DNA from: Gemmatimonadaceae bacterium
GTDB lineage: Bacteria > Gemmatimonadota > Gemmatimonadetes > Gemmatimonadales > Gemmatimonadaceae
Assembly (NCBI GenBank): GCA_040901985.1
Contig: JBBDYC010000017.1
Location: forward strand, 32,001 to 96,000
Direction of reading: 5' to 3'
Length of the DNA stretch: 64,000 bases
The first letter of the stretch is position 1. Each line of letters starts with the position of its first letter. Positions 52,201 to 61,296 of this stretch are shown in pieces. The position numbers and the translations under genes are program-made. Under the pieces are notes generated by a model. It was not told where the DNA came from. It saw nothing but the letters and a program-made list of their open reading frames with translations, and did no database searches.

Positions 52201-52317
52201 CTCGACCGTCGTGCGTGTCGCCAGGGCGAGCCGCGTGAACGACACCGCGCCGCCGAGCACGAGGGCGACCGCGATCGCCCAGATCACCGCCGGCCGGCTC
52301 ACCGCCCAGCGGATCAC
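49249..52317 (-). CDS. AcrB/AcrD/AcrF family RND transporter, second subunit
   Basis: 1022 aa; AV-x-RP N-terminus, ASAELVE, two 6-TM halves. Confidence 0.93.
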   Translation of the reverse strand: MIRWAVSRPAVIWAIAVALVLGGAVSFTRLALATRTTVELPRLQVTAGWAGASAELVEMYIASPIEAAAQGVRGVRKTSSDSRDGTARLTIELDPNVDVQITRLAILERLELLRPEFPIGATAPQVGNLVPAELEEPPLLRILLNGPYTPGALQRIADDILTPRVSAVPGVSGVQIGGGTEFGASVSYDPRLLRQVGVEPQALANAIREARVVQSLGTERLGASKREVVLRDQPGALVELEHLPIAGRGGRVFRLGELAQVRPEEDSRGMFFRVNGNTALALTVAREAGSDAIKTAKAVRGALADLADELPAGVRWRITADESIELERQLNDLFLRGAIAFLAVSLVLAVALRNWRAVALVMGSAALAIFGTALGLFLLEIPANMLTLAGLGMGIGVLVQNGLVIVERLRGSADTPVGRAEVAERMAPAVLGATLTTAVVLFPFLYLQGNARAAFFPFAAAFTLALGCSVISALVMIPALAAGHGLRETHWPRAQRGYGWVLAKALRWRWATIVLAVAAVSGLSYAFVKKVPRFSFSGFGVQRNTVSVNINFPRGSDPASLDAAMREMEAVAVGRAGVEEVIAQSRGVFGAGMRVSFRPEAEGGALPLQLQEELTARAVYIGGAGISVYGQGPAFSSGGGIGTMSTFRIRVLGYSYSAVEALAEDIRSRLERINRVRNAIVTSGSFFGGDRAFAVTLDPDRDALARYGVTALQFTQAVGREVRGPVGGQQLEIGGEEIPISVKAQGARERSLDELRDALVPTSRGTPVRIADLSRVDEREQLATITREDQQYLRVVAYEFRGPNRLATRTHEAFMQSIAVPPGFTVQDASDFQREQDTSQRGLWLVFAIGVTLVILAVAMVFDSMWGAAMVFAALPLALAGVMAAFWWADAAFTREAAVGVILVVGLAVNQAILLVDAALEKRRASPTGRLRGAQVLRAALDRSGMIMMVTLTTIASLIPLAIGTSATTLFGAIALATAGGTVAGTVGAMLVLPAMLAGRRGRAGIGRSDALLTVSCVAKTI

Positions 52318-55300
52318 GGGCGCCGCTCCTTCCAGCGCTCCATCACCGTGTACGCCACCGGGAGGAGAAAGAACGTCACGACCTGCGCCGAGATCGCGCC
52401 GCCGATCACCGCCGCCGCCAGCGGCTGGTAGAGCGCGCCGCCACTCCCGATCCCGAACACCAGCGGCAGCACGCCGAAAATCGTCGTCAGGCTCGTCATC
52501 GTGATTGCGCGGAGCCGCTGCCGGCCGCCAAGCAGCACCGCGTCGTGCAGCGAGTGGCCGAGCGCACGGAAGCGGCGGATCGCGTCGAGCTTCACGACCG
52601 CCTCGTTGTCCGCCATCCCGATCATCACGACGATGCCGATCAACGACACCGCGTTGATGCTCTGCCCGGTGATCCAGAGCAAGGCGAAGCCGCCCGCCGC
52701 GGCGAGCGGCACAGTGATCATCACGACAAGCGGGATGGTGAACGACGCGAACTCGCCGGCAAGCACAAGAAAGACGAGGGCCACCGAGAGGAGCGCCACC
52801 AGCGCCAGCTGCTCGGTCGTCCGCCGCTGCTCGACGTCGGCACCGGTGATCGCCCAGGTCAGCCCGGCCGGCGGCGACAGCTCCTCGAGCTGCCGCGCCA
52901 CGTCGGACGATGCGCGCGACGTGCCGCCGCGCTCGATCAACCCCTCGACGATGCTCACCGGCCGCTGGTTCACCCGCACGACCTCGATCGGCGCCCGCAC
53001 CTCGCGCCAGGTCACGAGCTGGCTCAGCGGCACGCCATTCACCGGCGTCGCCAGCGCCACCTGCAGGTCCTCGTTCGCGTTCCCCGCGAAGCGGACGCGG
53101 ATCGGCGTCCGACGGTCGGTCTCGCGCAGCTCGCTGGCGTCCACCCCACCGAGGCCGCCCTGCAGCGCACGCAGCACGGTCTGCACCGGAATCCCCCGCT
53201 CGGCGAGCCGCGACCGCTCGAGCGCGACCTCCACCTGCGGCTGCGTCGTGCTGTAGGCATCACGCACGTCGCTCAACGTCGTGAGCGTGGCCAGCCGACG
53301 CCGCACCGAGTCCGCCCACTGCTGGCTCTCGGCGAGCGTGCGCGCGCTCACCTCCACCCGCACCAGCCGCCCCTCGCGACCGATCAGCGAGCCGAACTCC
53401 GACTGGCCCGCGAGGTCGAGGGCGAGCATCCCGCCGTCCGCGAGGTCGCTGACGCCCGAGCGCAACGCATTCGCGAAGCGTGCCGCGTCCATCCCGTCGG
53501 GTACCGGGACCAGCAGCTGCGCGGTCGCCGACGTGCCCGGCTCGGCGCCGGAGAGCACTTCCTCGTCGGTGGCGATCCCCACGCGCGAGTAGACGCCGCG
53601 CGAACCGAGCGCGCGCGCCGCCGCCTCGACGCGCCCCACCTGCCGCGCCGTCTCCTCGATCGCCGTGCCCTCGGGGAGCTGCAGCGCCGCGACGACCATC
53701 CCCTCGTCCACCTGCGGGAGGATCTCCTTGGGCATCCTCCAGAGCGCGACGACCATCACCGCCACCATCGCGAGACCGACGCCGAGCATCGCCGGCGGCC
53801 GGAGCAGCGCCCACTCCATCCCGCGCTCATAGACGTCGGCGCAGCGTTCGCCGAACGCGATCAGCCGCGTTTCCGCCGGCCCCGGCACACGCGGCGGCGC
53901 CGGCGCGCGCGCGGCGAACTTCCGACGGCCGACGATCATCACCGGCATCAGCGTGAGCGCCAACACGAGCGACCCCGCCACCGAGAGCACGACCGCGAGC
54001 GACAGGTCGCGGAAGAGCGCCGCCGCAAGTCCCTTCACGAAGATGATTGGCCCGAAGACCAGCAGCGTGGTGAGCGTGCCCGCGAGCAGCGGACCGGCCA
54101 CCTCATCGGTCGCCTCGATGGCCGCGTCGGCGAGCGGCAACCCGCCCTCGACCACCCGTCGCTCGGTCGCGTCGGCGACGACGATCGCGTTGTCCACCAG
54201 AAGGCCGACGCCCAGCGCGAGCCCGCCCAGCGAAAGCACGTTGACCGTCACGTCGAAGAGTTGCAGGAAGACCAGCGCAATCATCACCGAGAGCGGCAGG
54301 ATCACCGCAATCGCGAGGGACGAGCGCCAGTTCCGCAGGAACACAAGAATCATCAGCAGCGAGAGCATCCCGCCAAGGAAGATCTCCTGGCCAAGATTCG
54401 AGAGGGCAGCGACCACGAAGTCGGCCTGCGCGGCGACCACGTGCATCCGGATGTCGGGGAACTCGGCCTGCAGGAGCGCCACCACCGCCTGCATCCGCTC
54501 CGTCACCGCCACCGTGTTGGAGCCAGCGTCCTTGTAGACGACGAGCCCGACCGCCGCGCCGCCGTCGAGCCGTGTCATCGTCTGCGGATCGGCGATCGTT
54601 GACGTGATCGTCGCGATGTCACGCAGCCGCAGGTTCGCACCCGTCGGGCCCACCGGCGTCTCGGCGATCTCGTCGAGCGCGCGGAACTCGGTCAGCGCGC
54701 GCACCGAGAAGCGGAACTGTCCGCGACGGATCGTCCCGCCGGCGCCGTTGGCGTTCGCGGCCTGCACCGCCGTCGCCACCTGGTCCGTCGAGAGCCCGAG
54801 CGCGCGCATCCGCTCGGGGTCCACCGCGATGCGGATCTCGTCCTCTGGCGCGCCGACGACCGCCACGCTGGCCACGCCGGCGATCTGCTCGAGCCGCCGT
54901 GCGTGTACATCGAGCGCGGTCCGGCCGAGCAAGCGATGGTCGTTCAGGCCGGTCAGGCCGATCACCGCGATCGGCCGTTCGCCGGGATCGCTCGTCAGCA
55001 ACGTCGGGCGCGCCGCGCCTTCCGGCAGCCGTGCCCGCGCCTGGTCGAGCCGCTCGCGCACCGTGAGGATCGTCGTCGGCATCTCCGTCCCCCACGAAAA
55101 CCGCAGGGTGGTGACGGCCTCCCCGTTCCGGCTCACCGAGCGGAGCTCGACGATGCCCGGCGTCGCCGCCACCGCCGCCTCGATCGGCTCGGCGACGAAC
55201 CGCGACACTTCCTCGGCGGCCGCCCCGGGATACGTCGTCCGGATCGTCAGCACCGGGAGCGTCACGTCCGGCAGCAGCGTCACCGGGAGCCGGGTGAGCG

Positions 55301-55382
55301 AGACGCTCCCGAGGAGGACGATAGCCAGGGTCGCCGCCACCGTCGTCACGGGACGACGGACGGCAAAGGCGGTGATGGACAC
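52314..55382 (-). CDS. AcrB/AcrD/AcrF family RND transporter, first subunit
   Basis: AVRRPV, YPGAAAEEV, GLLVDNAIVV, RLRAITMT. Confidence 0.95.
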   Translation of the reverse strand: MSITAFAVRRPVTTVAATLAIVLLGSVSLTRLPVTLLPDVTLPVLTIRTTYPGAAAEEVSRFVAEPIEAAVAATPGIVELRSVSRNGEAVTTLRFSWGTEMPTTILTVRERLDQARARLPEGAARPTLLTSDPGERPIAVIGLTGLNDHRLLGRTALDVHARRLEQIAGVASVAVVGAPEDEIRIAVDPERMRALGLSTDQVATAVQAANANGAGGTIRRGQFRFSVRALTEFRALDEIAETPVGPTGANLRLRDIATITSTIADPQTMTRLDGGAAVGLVVYKDAGSNTVAVTERMQAVVALLQAEFPDIRMHVVAAQADFVVAALSNLGQEIFLGGMLSLLMILVFLRNWRSSLAIAVILPLSVMIALVFLQLFDVTVNVLSLGGLALGVGLLVDNAIVVADATERRVVEGGLPLADAAIEATDEVAGPLLAGTLTTLLVFGPIIFVKGLAAALFRDLSLAVVLSVAGSLVLALTLMPVMIVGRRKFAARAPAPPRVPGPAETRLIAFGERCADVYERGMEWALLRPPAMLGVGLAMVAVMVVALWRMPKEILPQVDEGMVVAALQLPEGTAIEETARQVGRVEAAARALGSRGVYSRVGIATDEEVLSGAEPGTSATAQLLVPVPDGMDAARFANALRSGVSDLADGGMLALDLAGQSEFGSLIGREGRLVRVEVSARTLAESQQWADSVRRRLATLTTLSDVRDAYSTTQPQVEVALERSRLAERGIPVQTVLRALQGGLGGVDASELRETDRRTPIRVRFAGNANEDLQVALATPVNGVPLSQLVTWREVRAPIEVVRVNQRPVSIVEGLIERGGTSRASSDVARQLEELSPPAGLTWAITGADVEQRRTTEQLALVALLSVALVFLVLAGEFASFTIPLVVMITVPLAAAGGFALLWITGQSINAVSLIGIVVMIGMADNEAVVKLDAIRRFRALGHSLHDAVLLGGRQRLRAITMTSLTTIFGVLPLVFGIGSGGALYQPLAAAVIGGAISAQVVTFFLLPVAYTVMERWKERRP

Positions 55383-55405
55383 GGGGCGGTCGGCGGCGGT
55401 GGGCG

Positions 55406-56551
55406 TCAGTCCGGCGCGCCGGGCGACTGCTCACGCGCCGCCACCATCCGCACCGGCGCGTCGTGGATCAGCGTCAGGTGCCCCTCGACGATCACGCGAT
55501 CGCCCGGCTGCACCGGAATCACGCCGGAGACCGAGTCGGGAAGGATCTCCGTCTCCCGGCCGTTCGAGCGGCCGGGGAGGACGTAGGTCCACTGCGCGCG
55601 CCCATCGCGCACGACGAAGACGAGCGGGCGGCCGTCGCGCTCGATGATCGCGCGGCTCGGCACCAGCCGACGGCCGCTGAGGCGCTGTGCCTCGAGCCGT
55701 ACGTCGGCATACATCCCCGGACGGAGCGCGCCGCCGCCGGTCGCGCGCACGAAAACCCGTCCGGCGCGCGTCGTGCTGTCCACCAGGGGGAGGATCGCCT
55801 CGACCCGGCCGGCAATTGCCTGCCCCGGGATCGCCGCGCTCGTGATCACCGCCTCGCCACCGATCCTGATCAGCGGCAGGTCGTGCTCCAGCACCGCCGC
55901 CTCGACCCGGATGTTCGCGAGGTCCACCAGCGTCGCAATCTCCTGGCCGGCGTTCAGCCGATCGCCGACGACCGTGTTGATCCGGTCAATCGTCCCCGCG
56001 AAGGGCGCGATGATTCCCGCGCGCTCGCGCGCGAGCTTTGCCCGGTCAAGGCGGACGCGCGCCGCGGCGAGCCCGGAGCGAATCACAAAGGCGTCGAGCC
56101 GCGTCTGCGACGGCATCTTCCCCGTCGCCGCGGAGTCGGGACGATACAGGTCCTCGTACTGTTGCTGCGCCACCTGCAGCGCGACCTGCGCCTCGGCGAG
56201 GTCGAGGTCCAGCGGGCGCGGGTCGAGCTCCACGATTGCCTGGCCGCTGCGGACCCGGTCGCCGGGCCGGACCATCACCCGCGCCACCGTGCCGGCGACT
56301 TCTGAGCGGATCCGACCTTCGGAAGCGGAGCGGACTTGGCCCGTCGTGTTGACCGACAGCACGAGGTCGCCATCGGTCACCTCGGCGGCGACGACCGGGA
56401 GACTGATGTTCGAGGCCGTCGAGCCGCCTTCGTCGGCGGCCGACGAATCGGCCGCCGCGGCCGCCGCGTCGGCCGATCCCCCGAGCTTGCCGCACGAGGC
56501 CAGCGTGACGATGGCGATGACCAACGCGACTTTACGGCGGAAGGCCGGCAT
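55406..56551 (-). CDS. RND periplasmic adaptor (MFP) lipoprotein
   Basis: Lipobox LASC, APFAGTI, LRPGMYA, VPSRAI. Confidence 0.92.
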   Translation of the reverse strand: MPAFRRKVALVIAIVTLASCGKLGGSADAAAAAADSSAADEGGSTASNISLPVVAAEVTDGDLVLSVNTTGQVRSASEGRIRSEVAGTVARVMVRPGDRVRSGQAIVELDPRPLDLDLAEAQVALQVAQQQYEDLYRPDSAATGKMPSQTRLDAFVIRSGLAAARVRLDRAKLARERAGIIAPFAGTIDRINTVVGDRLNAGQEIATLVDLANIRVEAAVLEHDLPLIRIGGEAVITSAAIPGQAIAGRVEAILPLVDSTTRAGRVFVRATGGGALRPGMYADVRLEAQRLSGRRLVPSRAIIERDGRPLVFVVRDGRAQWTYVLPGRSNGRETEILPDSVSGVIPVQPGDRVIVEGHLTLIHDAPVRMVAAREQSPGAPD

Positions 56552-56671
56552 CAGCAGAGGGGCGAGAGTAGTGGGATCAGCGTCAAGCGAGCGACCGACG
56601 GCACGGTTGAAGCTGTGCCCAGTTCGACCCACCGCGCCAGCGGATGGTTGCACGACGCGTGGCGGGCGCCC

Positions 56672-57829
56672 TCACCGGATGACCCGGAAGCGGGTCAGAA
56701 GCTGGCCACCGCTCTCTGCGTCGTGCACCGGCACGAGGAGTTCACCGTTCGGGAGGAGCCCCACGGGAAGCGCCATTCCGCGCACGGTGCCGGCGTACGC
56801 GCCGTCCGAGGCGAAGACGTCGACGATCTGCGGCCGCTCGTCGCGCCCCGAGCGCCGGACCCACATGGTGCCGTCGGACAGCAACGCGAGGCCGAAGACA
56901 AATGGCATCGTCTCAGCCAGCCCAGCGGTCATGAGAACCTCAATCGGAAACCCGCAGGTCGGCCCACCGGGGATCGCCAGCTTGAGTCCATCGGGATACA
57001 GACGCCGGACATCGTCGTCGGTCGGGGCACGCGTGGGAATCTCTCGCCGGATGCTCGCGATGAGGCGTGGCCCTTCGTACAGGCGCAAGTCGTATTGCGG
57101 TCCCACCGTGGCCAGCAGCCGAGGTCCGGAGGCCGTCCACCGGAGTTCGGGGCCAAAGAACGGCGGAAGTGAAATGGCCATGTCGCAGGCCCGCAGGATG
57201 ACGCCGCGCGGCTTCGCGGCACTCAAGAGTTGAACGCCCCCGACGGTGTCCGACATCAGGACCGTTCGGCGTCCTTCGGGAGTGAAGCTCGAAGTCTCAA
57301 CCCACGCGCCGCCGCTGCGGAACGCGATGTCTTCAACGCCCGTCAGTGCGCCGCGCAGTCCGAGATCGTTCAGTGGCTCGAGCGTCGGGCCCCACCGCAC
57401 CAGCGCGTTGCGCTGGTGGTCCAGGACCGCCAACGAATCCCCCTGCACCATGAGCGCGCCCGGATACTCCATCTCGCCTGGCGCCCCGCCCTTCCGGCCG
57501 ATGCTCCGCAAGTAGGCGCCGTCGCGCCCGAACTGCAGGACCGCCGGGTCGCCAACCAGCACGTACACCCGGCCCAGCCGATCTGTCACCACCCGCCGCG
57601 TGGTGAGACCCTCAAAAATGAACGGATCCCCGACCGAGTCGCGCAGCACGCCGACCGTATCAAAGCGCCAAGCCAACGTCGTGTCGGCACCCGTGGACGT
57701 AATGACTCGCACGCCAGCGGAATCCGTACGGACCACGCTTGATGCCGTCGCGTCGCCCGAACCGCAGGCGGCCAGCGCCGCCGCCGCCGCGAGCGCCGCA
57801 ATCCGCGTGATGTGGCCGATCTTCGCCAT
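56672..57829 (-). CDS. 6-bladed beta-propeller lipoprotein
   Basis: Lipobox LAAC, DSAGVRVI, GRKGGAPGEM, DVFASDGAYAG. Confidence 0.85.
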   Translation of the reverse strand: MAKIGHITRIAALAAAAALAACGSGDATASSVVRTDSAGVRVITSTGADTTLAWRFDTVGVLRDSVGDPFIFEGLTTRRVVTDRLGRVYVLVGDPAVLQFGRDGAYLRSIGRKGGAPGEMEYPGALMVQGDSLAVLDHQRNALVRWGPTLEPLNDLGLRGALTGVEDIAFRSGGAWVETSSFTPEGRRTVLMSDTVGGVQLLSAAKPRGVILRACDMAISLPPFFGPELRWTASGPRLLATVGPQYDLRLYEGPRLIASIRREIPTRAPTDDDVRRLYPDGLKLAIPGGPTCGFPIEVLMTAGLAETMPFVFGLALLSDGTMWVRRSGRDERPQIVDVFASDGAYAGTVRGMALPVGLLPNGELLVPVHDAESGGQLLTRFRVIR

Positions 57830-57840
57830 GGCGACCTCCA

Positions 57841-58956
57841 TCACGGCGTCCGAATCCGATACACCACGACGTACGGCAGATCGTCCTCGTCGCGCACAAT
57901 GGTCACGAGTCGGCCGCGCACAATGCGATACAGCGGGTAGAACTCCCAACGCCCGGGCGCCGCCACCACCGCGATGCGCCGCCCCGACGCGTCCCACACG
58001 TCGAACGCCAGGGTGCGGTCGGGGAGCTCGCGGCGCACCCAGACCCGCCCTTCGTCGTCACCCTCGATCCAATTGAGGGCACCGCGATCTCGCGGGACGC
58101 TCCCTCTGTCCCACGGCTCAAGCGCGCCCCCGGTGCTGGCCAGAAAAGTGTCCACCTCCGCAATCGCCGCGTCGCGCTCGGCGCGCGTGATCGGCACGCG
58201 AGGCGCGTCAAGGGCAAGCTGGCGATCGTGCCGCGTCGCGCCAACGGGAAACCGCCGGGGCTTGTACTCGTCGGAATTTGCACACCACAGCGCGCCTTCA
58301 CGTGAAAGTGTCAACACCAGGCGCGCCGCAAACGGAAACGAAGTGAATCCGCGCCGCGACGCGACCGAGCTCCGCGGCGGCGGGAGATCGCTGCAGGTGG
58401 TCGGCAGATCCACCGTGTCGGCGCTCGACAGGTCGGGCGCGTAGCGCGTCATCACCCGCACGCGCGAGTCGCCCCGCGTCACCGAGATCATATCGAGGAT
58501 CCGTCCCTGGGCATCCACCGTGCCGTCCCAGCGATACCCATACCCGTGCGAGGGGACGAGATACTGGCGGTCGAACGTGCCGTCCGCGGCAAACACCGTG
58601 AGCCGCTGATTGCGGTGGTCGCGCACCCACATCCGCCCGTCCGGTCCGAGTCGAATGCCGTTGGCGTTGGCAATCTCACCCGGCCCCGCGCCGCGTCGCG
58701 CCACCTCCTTCAGCGGCGCGCCATCTGGCGCGAACAACCGAATGGACTGCGTCTGTCCGTCAAGCACCCAAATCCTGCCATCGTACCCGAGCTGCACATC
58801 CACAATCTGATTGAACGACGCCAGCCCCTCGTCCTCACCGCCGACCCGCACGACTTCTTCCAGCGCCCACCGCGCCTGCGCGCCGAGCGGCGCGGCCAGC
58901 GCCGCCGCCAACACGCCACCCAAGACCGAGAGCTGTTCGACGCGACAAGCCATCAT
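57841..58956 (-). CDS. 6-bladed beta-propeller secreted protein
   Basis: Signal peptide, RRGAGPGEI, DDEGRVWV, DEDDLPYVVVYRI. Confidence 0.85.
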   Translation of the reverse strand: MMACRVEQLSVLGGVLAAALAAPLGAQARWALEEVVRVGGEDEGLASFNQIVDVQLGYDGRIWVLDGQTQSIRLFAPDGAPLKEVARRGAGPGEIANANGIRLGPDGRMWVRDHRNQRLTVFAADGTFDRQYLVPSHGYGYRWDGTVDAQGRILDMISVTRGDSRVRVMTRYAPDLSSADTVDLPTTCSDLPPPRSSVASRRGFTSFPFAARLVLTLSREGALWCANSDEYKPRRFPVGATRHDRQLALDAPRVPITRAERDAAIAEVDTFLASTGGALEPWDRGSVPRDRGALNWIEGDDEGRVWVRRELPDRTLAFDVWDASGRRIAVVAAPGRWEFYPLYRIVRGRLVTIVRDEDDLPYVVVYRIRTP

Positions 58957-59035
58957 CCTAGATGTCCCGGTGCGCGGGAGGCGTCAAGCCACTCGCCTCT
59001 CAAACTTCCCATCGTTTGCTTCTGCTGTGAACGCT

Positions 59036-59102
59036 CCAATAAAAAGGGTTTGGCGTGGCGTCCGCAACCAGCCTAGGGCATCACGGACGCCCCGCCAAAC
59101 CC
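59036..59102 (-). terminator. Intrinsic-terminator-like hairpin (19-bp stem) with a U-tract on the minus strand
   Basis: GGGTTTGGCGTGGCGTCCG (59046-59064) pairs with 59084-59102 with 1 mismatch; followed on the minus strand by TTTTTATTGG. Confidence 0.65.
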
Positions 59103-59187
59103 AATCCGCACCGCGTTCATCGGCAGCAAGCGTCGTTATGTTGCGCCTCGGCTTGCGAGCGCCTTGCCCCACCGCGAAGATTGCGGA

Positions 59188-59939
59188 ATGCGAACCCGAA
59201 TGCTTCTCGTGAGCTGGCTGGCGTACGCGCTGGTTGCCACGGCGCATGCACAGTCCATCCCAACGTGGCGTCTCAGCGAGGCGCCGACATTGCGGCTGGA
59301 GGAGGATGGGACGCCCGAACGCGAGTTCACGCGCATCATCGGCGCGTACCTCGTCGGAGACGACCGCATTGCCGTCGCGGAGAACGCCTCGAGCGAGGTA
59401 CGCATCTTCGAGCGCGATGGCCGATGGACGGGGAGCGCCGGACGACAAGGGTCAGGCCCCGGGGAGTTTCAATTCTTGCTCGCGGCATTCCGAGCGGGAG
59501 ATACGCTCTTCGCGTTCGATCCAATGCTTAAGCGCATCACCACGATTGTTAGCGGAGCGGAGCCGCTTGTGGCGTACGGGCTTACGCTGAACGCGCGAGG
59601 CGGGCGCTCCTTCGAAGTACGCGGGCGAACCGCCGATGGTCGATGGGTCGCGCAGTACGACGACGCGGCGGGTTGGGACGCCCCGCCCGGCGTCCATCGG
59701 TCGCGCGGCGGCGTGGGAGTCGTGCCAGCTGACGGAGCGGGCAGCGTGCAATGGCTCGCGGCGCTTCCGGGCATAGCCTCGTTCGTGCATAATCCGACGG
59801 GGAACATTCGCGCGGCACGTAGAGGTCCGATCGCGTTCACGCCACGGCTATACGTGGCGGGCTCGGGGCGAGCGCTTTGGTTCGGGGAGTCGAGCACGGC
59901 GGAACTCGTACGGTACGACGCTCAGTCTGGAGCTCGGCG
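59188..59939 (+). pseudogene. 6-bladed beta-propeller protein, C-terminus truncated by IS3 ends
   Basis: Signal AHA-Q, GRQGSGPGEF, GDTLFAFD; resemblance to the family ends at the IS inverted repeat. Confidence 0.8.
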
Positions 59940-59990
59940 GGGATGTTGCTCCACTTTCGTTGACACCCTGAGTTCGGCCGCGCGGCGTTC

Positions 59991-61238
59991 TGACCTCATC
60001 CCGAAAAAGTTGGGCAGGTTGAAACTGGAGGAGGCAGGAGGCGAAGTTCAGCGGTCCACGCCGCCCCCGAGGGCAAGGACGGACCATGAAGGGATCGAGA
60101 TTCTCGGAAGAGCAGATCGCGTACGCGTTGCGCCAAGCCGAGGGCGGGACCCCTGTGCCGGATGTGTGCCGGCCGTTGGGCGTGAGCGAGGCGACGTTCT
60201 ACGTGTGGAAGAAGAAGTACGCGCACCTGGGCGCGAGCGAGTTGCGCCGGATGCGGCAACTGGAGGACGAGAACACGCGACTCAGGCGCGTCGTGGCCGA
60301 CCTCACGCTCGACAAGCACATACTCGCCGAGGCACTTCAAAAAAGGCTGAGGCCAGCGCAGCGTCGGGAGCTCGCCGGGTAGTTCATCGCCACGTTCGCG
60401 GTGGCAGTCCGGCGGGCCTGTGCGCTGGCCCAGTTCAGTCGGGCGGCCTAATACAAGAAGAGCACGGCGAAGGACCAGACGGCGCTGCGGATGCGGATTC
60501 GCGATCTGGCGCACGCGCGGCCACGCTTTGGCTACAACCGGATCTGGGCGATGCTGCGGCGTGAGGGGTGGCTGGTCAACCGGAAGCGTGTGCGGCGTCT
60601 GTATCGGCTCGAGGGCCTGCAGGTGCGGATGCGCGTGCGGCGGCGCAAGCACATCGCGCTCCACCGCGGCCCGGCGCCGGTGCCGCTCGGCCCCCGCGAG
60701 CGGTGGAGCATGGATTTCGTGCACGATGCGTTGGTCGATGGCCGGCAGTTTCGGATCCTTACCGTCGTGGATCAGTGGAGTCGCCAGAGTCCGATGCTGG
60801 AGGTGGCGTCCAGTATGTCAGGCCACGGCGTTGCCGAGGCGCTCAATCGTGCGATCGCGCGATCGCCGTCGGCGCGCCACTGCGCTCCATCACGGTCGAC
60901 CACGGCACGGAGTTCATGAGCCGCGCGCTCAAAGACTGGGCGTGGCGGCGCGGCGTGCAGCTCGAGTTCATCCGGCCAGGCAAGCCGGTCGAGAACGCGT
61001 ACATTGACTCGTTCAACGGCAAGCTGCGGGACGAGTGCCTGAACGCCAATCAGTTCCGCTCGCTCGACGGTGCGAAGGAGAAGATCGAAGCGCGCCGACG
61101 CGACTACAACGAGCACCGACCGCACTGCTCCCTCGGGCACCTGACCCCGAAGGAATTCGCCGAAACACGTCAGGCAGCGAGAGCCGCTGACGCCGCCTGA
61201 TTCCGGTTTAGACCTGTCTCTAAACGGGACCAAGGTCA
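59991..61238 (+). mobile_element. IS3-family (IS407-like) element, degenerate
   Basis: TGACCT...AGGTCA termini with imperfect IRs; no flanking direct repeat. Confidence 0.88.
60086..61200 (+). pseudogene. IS3-family transposase OrfAB pseudogene
   Basis: MKGSRFSEEQI, RFGY, WSMDF, VDHGTEF, PGKPVEN; TAG 60380-60382, TAA 60449-60451, frameshift at 60851-60866. Confidence 0.92.
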
Positions 61239-61296
61239 AGCTGCGCAGGGCAGGCTAACCACGGTGTCCACGAGAGTGGGTGAACTCCATTTCCCG

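Larger units (their letters stand above)
59940..61289. mobile_element. Outer IS3-like inverted-repeat shell (51 bp each side) around the inner IS
   Basis: GGGATGTTGCTCCACTTTCGTTGACACC from 59940 vs reverse complement of the end at 61289, TGGAGTTCACCCACTCTCGTGGACACC. Confidence 0.6.

Noticed and set aside
60380..60451. In-frame TAG and TAA in the IS3 transposase as recoding or pyrrolysine
   Set aside because: Both fall at probable Trp codons in an element that also has a frameshift; ordinary decay explains them
59164..60564. 466-aa ORF as one protein
   Set aside because: It is a chimera: the propeller N-terminus reads through into IS sequence after about 59940
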